A stretch of DNA of 63,641 nucleotides, filler included, from Octopus bimaculoides (lineage: Eukaryota): NCBI RefSeq assembly GCF_001194135.2. It is 5 parts of 5 records of this genome, joined end to end, with 100 filler letters (N's around TTAATTAATTAA, not from the genome) between each part and the next. Parts side by side here need not be neighbours in the genome. Positions count along the whole stretch, not along the records: positions 61,323 to 63,641 come from NW_026347653.1; 4 more parts are not named here. One strand, written 5' to 3'. Below are positions 61,223 to 63,641 of this stretch, one piece after another. Each line of letters starts with the position of its first letter. The stretch's first letter is position 1. Made by a program: the position numbers and the translations under genes. Below the pieces are notes generated by a model, which was not told where the DNA came from, ran no database searches, and saw nothing but the letters and a program-made list of their open reading frames with translations.

Positions 61223-61322
61223 NNNNNNNNNNNNNNNNNNNNNNNNNNNNNNNNNNNNNNNNNNNNTTAATTAATTAANNNNNNNNNNNNNNNNNNNNNN
61301 NNNNNNNNNNNNNNNNNNNNNN
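61223..61322. other. Artificial scaffold linker N44-TTAATTAATTAA-N44
   Basis: Same 100-bp structure. Confidence 0.97.
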
Positions 61323-61359
61323 TGTGTGACTATATAGATCTACATACACACACGCATTT

Positions 61360-61391
<32 letters not shown>

Positions 61392-61399
61392 CGTGTGTA

Positions 61400-61544
61400 T
61401 GTGACTATGTAGATCTATACACATGCACACACACATATATATATATACATGCACACACACACATACATATATATATACATGCACACACACATATATATAT
61501 ATATACATGCACACACACAGATACATATATATATATATACATGC

Positions 61545-61575
<31 letters not shown>

Positions 61576-61745
61576 CATGCACACACACACACACATATAT
61601 ATATATACATGCACACACACACACACATATATATATATACATGCACACCCACACACACATATATATATATATACATGCACACACACACACACATACATAT
61701 ATATATACATGCACACACACACATATATATATACATGCACACACG
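61400..61745. repeat. Compound (AT)nACATG(CA)n repeat, an alternating purine-pyrimidine tract
   Basis: About 12 units. Confidence 0.9.
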
Positions 61746-61825
61746 TTGACATGGAGAGAATGGAGACAGCTAATAATGGGGGTCATTACAACAGGTGAAA
61801 TTGGGCTTGTTCAGGGGCTGTGAAG

Positions 61826-63420
61826 GTTATCATCATCATCATCATCATGGACATCATCATTGTCTCCTCCCCATCATTGTCATCATCATCGTCATCGTCG
61901 TTATCAGCGTCATCATCCTCAGAAGCAGCAGCAACAATGCCATTGTCATCATTATCATCACCATCATCATCACCATCGTCATCGTCATCGTCACCATCGT
62001 CATCATCATCGTCATCATAATCATCGTCATCATGGTCGTTAGAGACGTCTTTGTCATCGCCGTCATTTGTGTCGTTCGTCTTCAACATCCATTATTAGCG
62101 ACGTTGTCATCATCATGGTCGTCATCGTCATCATCACCACCCTCAGAACTGTAGTCATCATCATCATCATCATCGTCGTCNNNNNNNNNNNNNNNNNNNN
62201 NNNNNNNNNNNNNNNNNNNNNNNNNNNNNNNNNNNNNNNNNNNNNNNNNNNNNNNNNNNNNNNNNNNNNNNNNNNNNNNNNNNNNNNNNNNNNNNNNNNN
62301 NNNNNNNNNNNNNNNNNNNNNNNNNNNNNNNNNNNNNNNNNNNNNNNNNNNNNNNNNNNNNNNNNNNNNNNNNNNNNNNNNNNNNNNNNNNNNNNNNNNN
62401 NNNNNNNNNNNNNNNNNNNNNNNNNNNNNNNNNNNNNNNNNNNNNNNNNNNNNNNNNNNNNNNNNNNNNNNNNNNNNNNNNNNNNNNNNNNNNNNNNNNN
62501 NNNNNNNNNNNNNNNNNNNNNNNNNNNNNNNNNNNNNNNNNNNNNNNNNNNNNNNNNNNNNNNNNNNNNNNNNNNNNNNNNNNNNNNNNNNNNNNNNNNN
62601 NNNNNNNNNNNNNNNNNNNNNNNNNNNNNNNNNNNNNNNNNNNNNNNNNNNNNNNNNNNNNNNNNNNNNNNNNNNNNNNNNNNNNNNNNNNNNNNNNNNN
62701 NNNNNNNNNNNNNNNNNNNNNNNNNNNNNNNNNNNNNNNNNNNNNNNNNNNNNNNNNNNNNNNNNNNNNNNNNNNNNNNNNNNNNNNNNNNNNNNNNNNN
62801 NNNNNNNNNNNNNNNNNNNNNNNNNNNNNNNNNNNNNNNNNNNNNNNNNNNNNNNNNNNNNNNNNNNNNNNNNNNNNNNNNNNNNNNNNNNNNNNNNNNN
62901 NNNNNNNNNNNNNNNNNNNNNNNNNNNNNNNNNNNNNNNNNNNNNNNNNNNNNNNNNNNNNNNNNNNNNNNNNNNNNNNNNNNNNNNNNNNNNNNNNNNN
63001 ATCATCACCATCATCATCATCGTCGTCATCATCGTCGTCGTCATCATCATCATCATCATCGTCGTCGTCATCATCGTCGTCGTCATTATCATCATCATCG
63101 TCATCATCGTCTTCGTCATCATCGTCTTCGTCATCATCGTCTTCGTCATCATCGTCTTCGTCATCATCATCATCGTCTTCGTCATCATCGTCTTCGTCAT
63201 CATCATCGTCGTCATCATCGTCTTCGTCATCATCGTCGTCATCATCATCTTCGTCATCACCATCACCATCATCATCATCGTCGTCATCATCGTTGTCGTC
63301 ATCATCATCATCATCATCGTCGTCGTCGTCATCATCGTCGTCATCATCGTCATCGTCATCATCGTCGTCATCATCGTCTTCGTCATCATCATCATCGTCG
63401 TCGTCGTCATCGTCGTCGTC
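61826..63420. repeat. Long degenerate (ATC/GTC)n trinucleotide array across a gap
   Basis: Directly visible; source of the poly-H, poly-D and poly-M ORFs. Confidence 0.95.
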
Positions 63421-63641
63421 GAACCTGATCAACAAGGCAAGAGCCCTTTTATTTCTTCACAGGCGCATGCTCAGAATTGGTCCTTTCACACTGGCAATTC
63501 TCCCAACATTCAGCCCAACCTTTCAACAAACTTGCTACAAGGCAACACTATCCTCTCCACCCTCAACTTCCTTTTCAAGTGAAACCTGAAGTAGAAGAGA
63601 GCTTGGCCAAAGAGGAAAGTGTCCGTCTTTAGCCCTCTCAA

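Noticed and set aside
63463-63630. Exon after the TTTCTTCACAG acceptor near the window end
   Set aside because: All three frames stop within 60 codons, no recognisable protein, and no donor is visible.

Overview
AT-rich, microsatellite-saturated eukaryotic scaffold with about 11 kb of N (hand count). It is most likely an octopus or other coleoid cephalopod genome; this is inferred from the SINE families and SSR load, not from a database hit. No complete host protein-coding gene is recognisable, and almost all long ORFs in the track are microsatellite or N-gap artefacts. The window holds several tRNA-derived SINE families, decayed LINEs of three kinds (I/Jockey-like, RTE, CR1/L2-like), internally deleted Tc1 and mariner transposons, and Tigger, hAT and mariner MITEs. 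Four N44-TTAATTAATTAA-N44 linkers join five assembly blocks. Main observations: (1) At least seven minimal type I hammerhead-ribozyme (HHR) motifs of the Penelope/retrozyme style; the best-preserved have palindromic stem III. Two have an inverted copy of the downstream RNA starting exactly at the predicted cleavage site, and one sits inside a tRNA-headed SINE. (2) A minus-strand polypyrimidine-CAG|GTAAGT recursive-splice-like site followed by a 36-nt RS-exon, inside a CpG-depleted block that looks like a gene body (20.7-48.3 kb). (3) A SINE/LINE shared 3' tail whose terminal hairpin shows compensatory changes. All alignments and folds were done by eye, and repeat boundaries are approximate.
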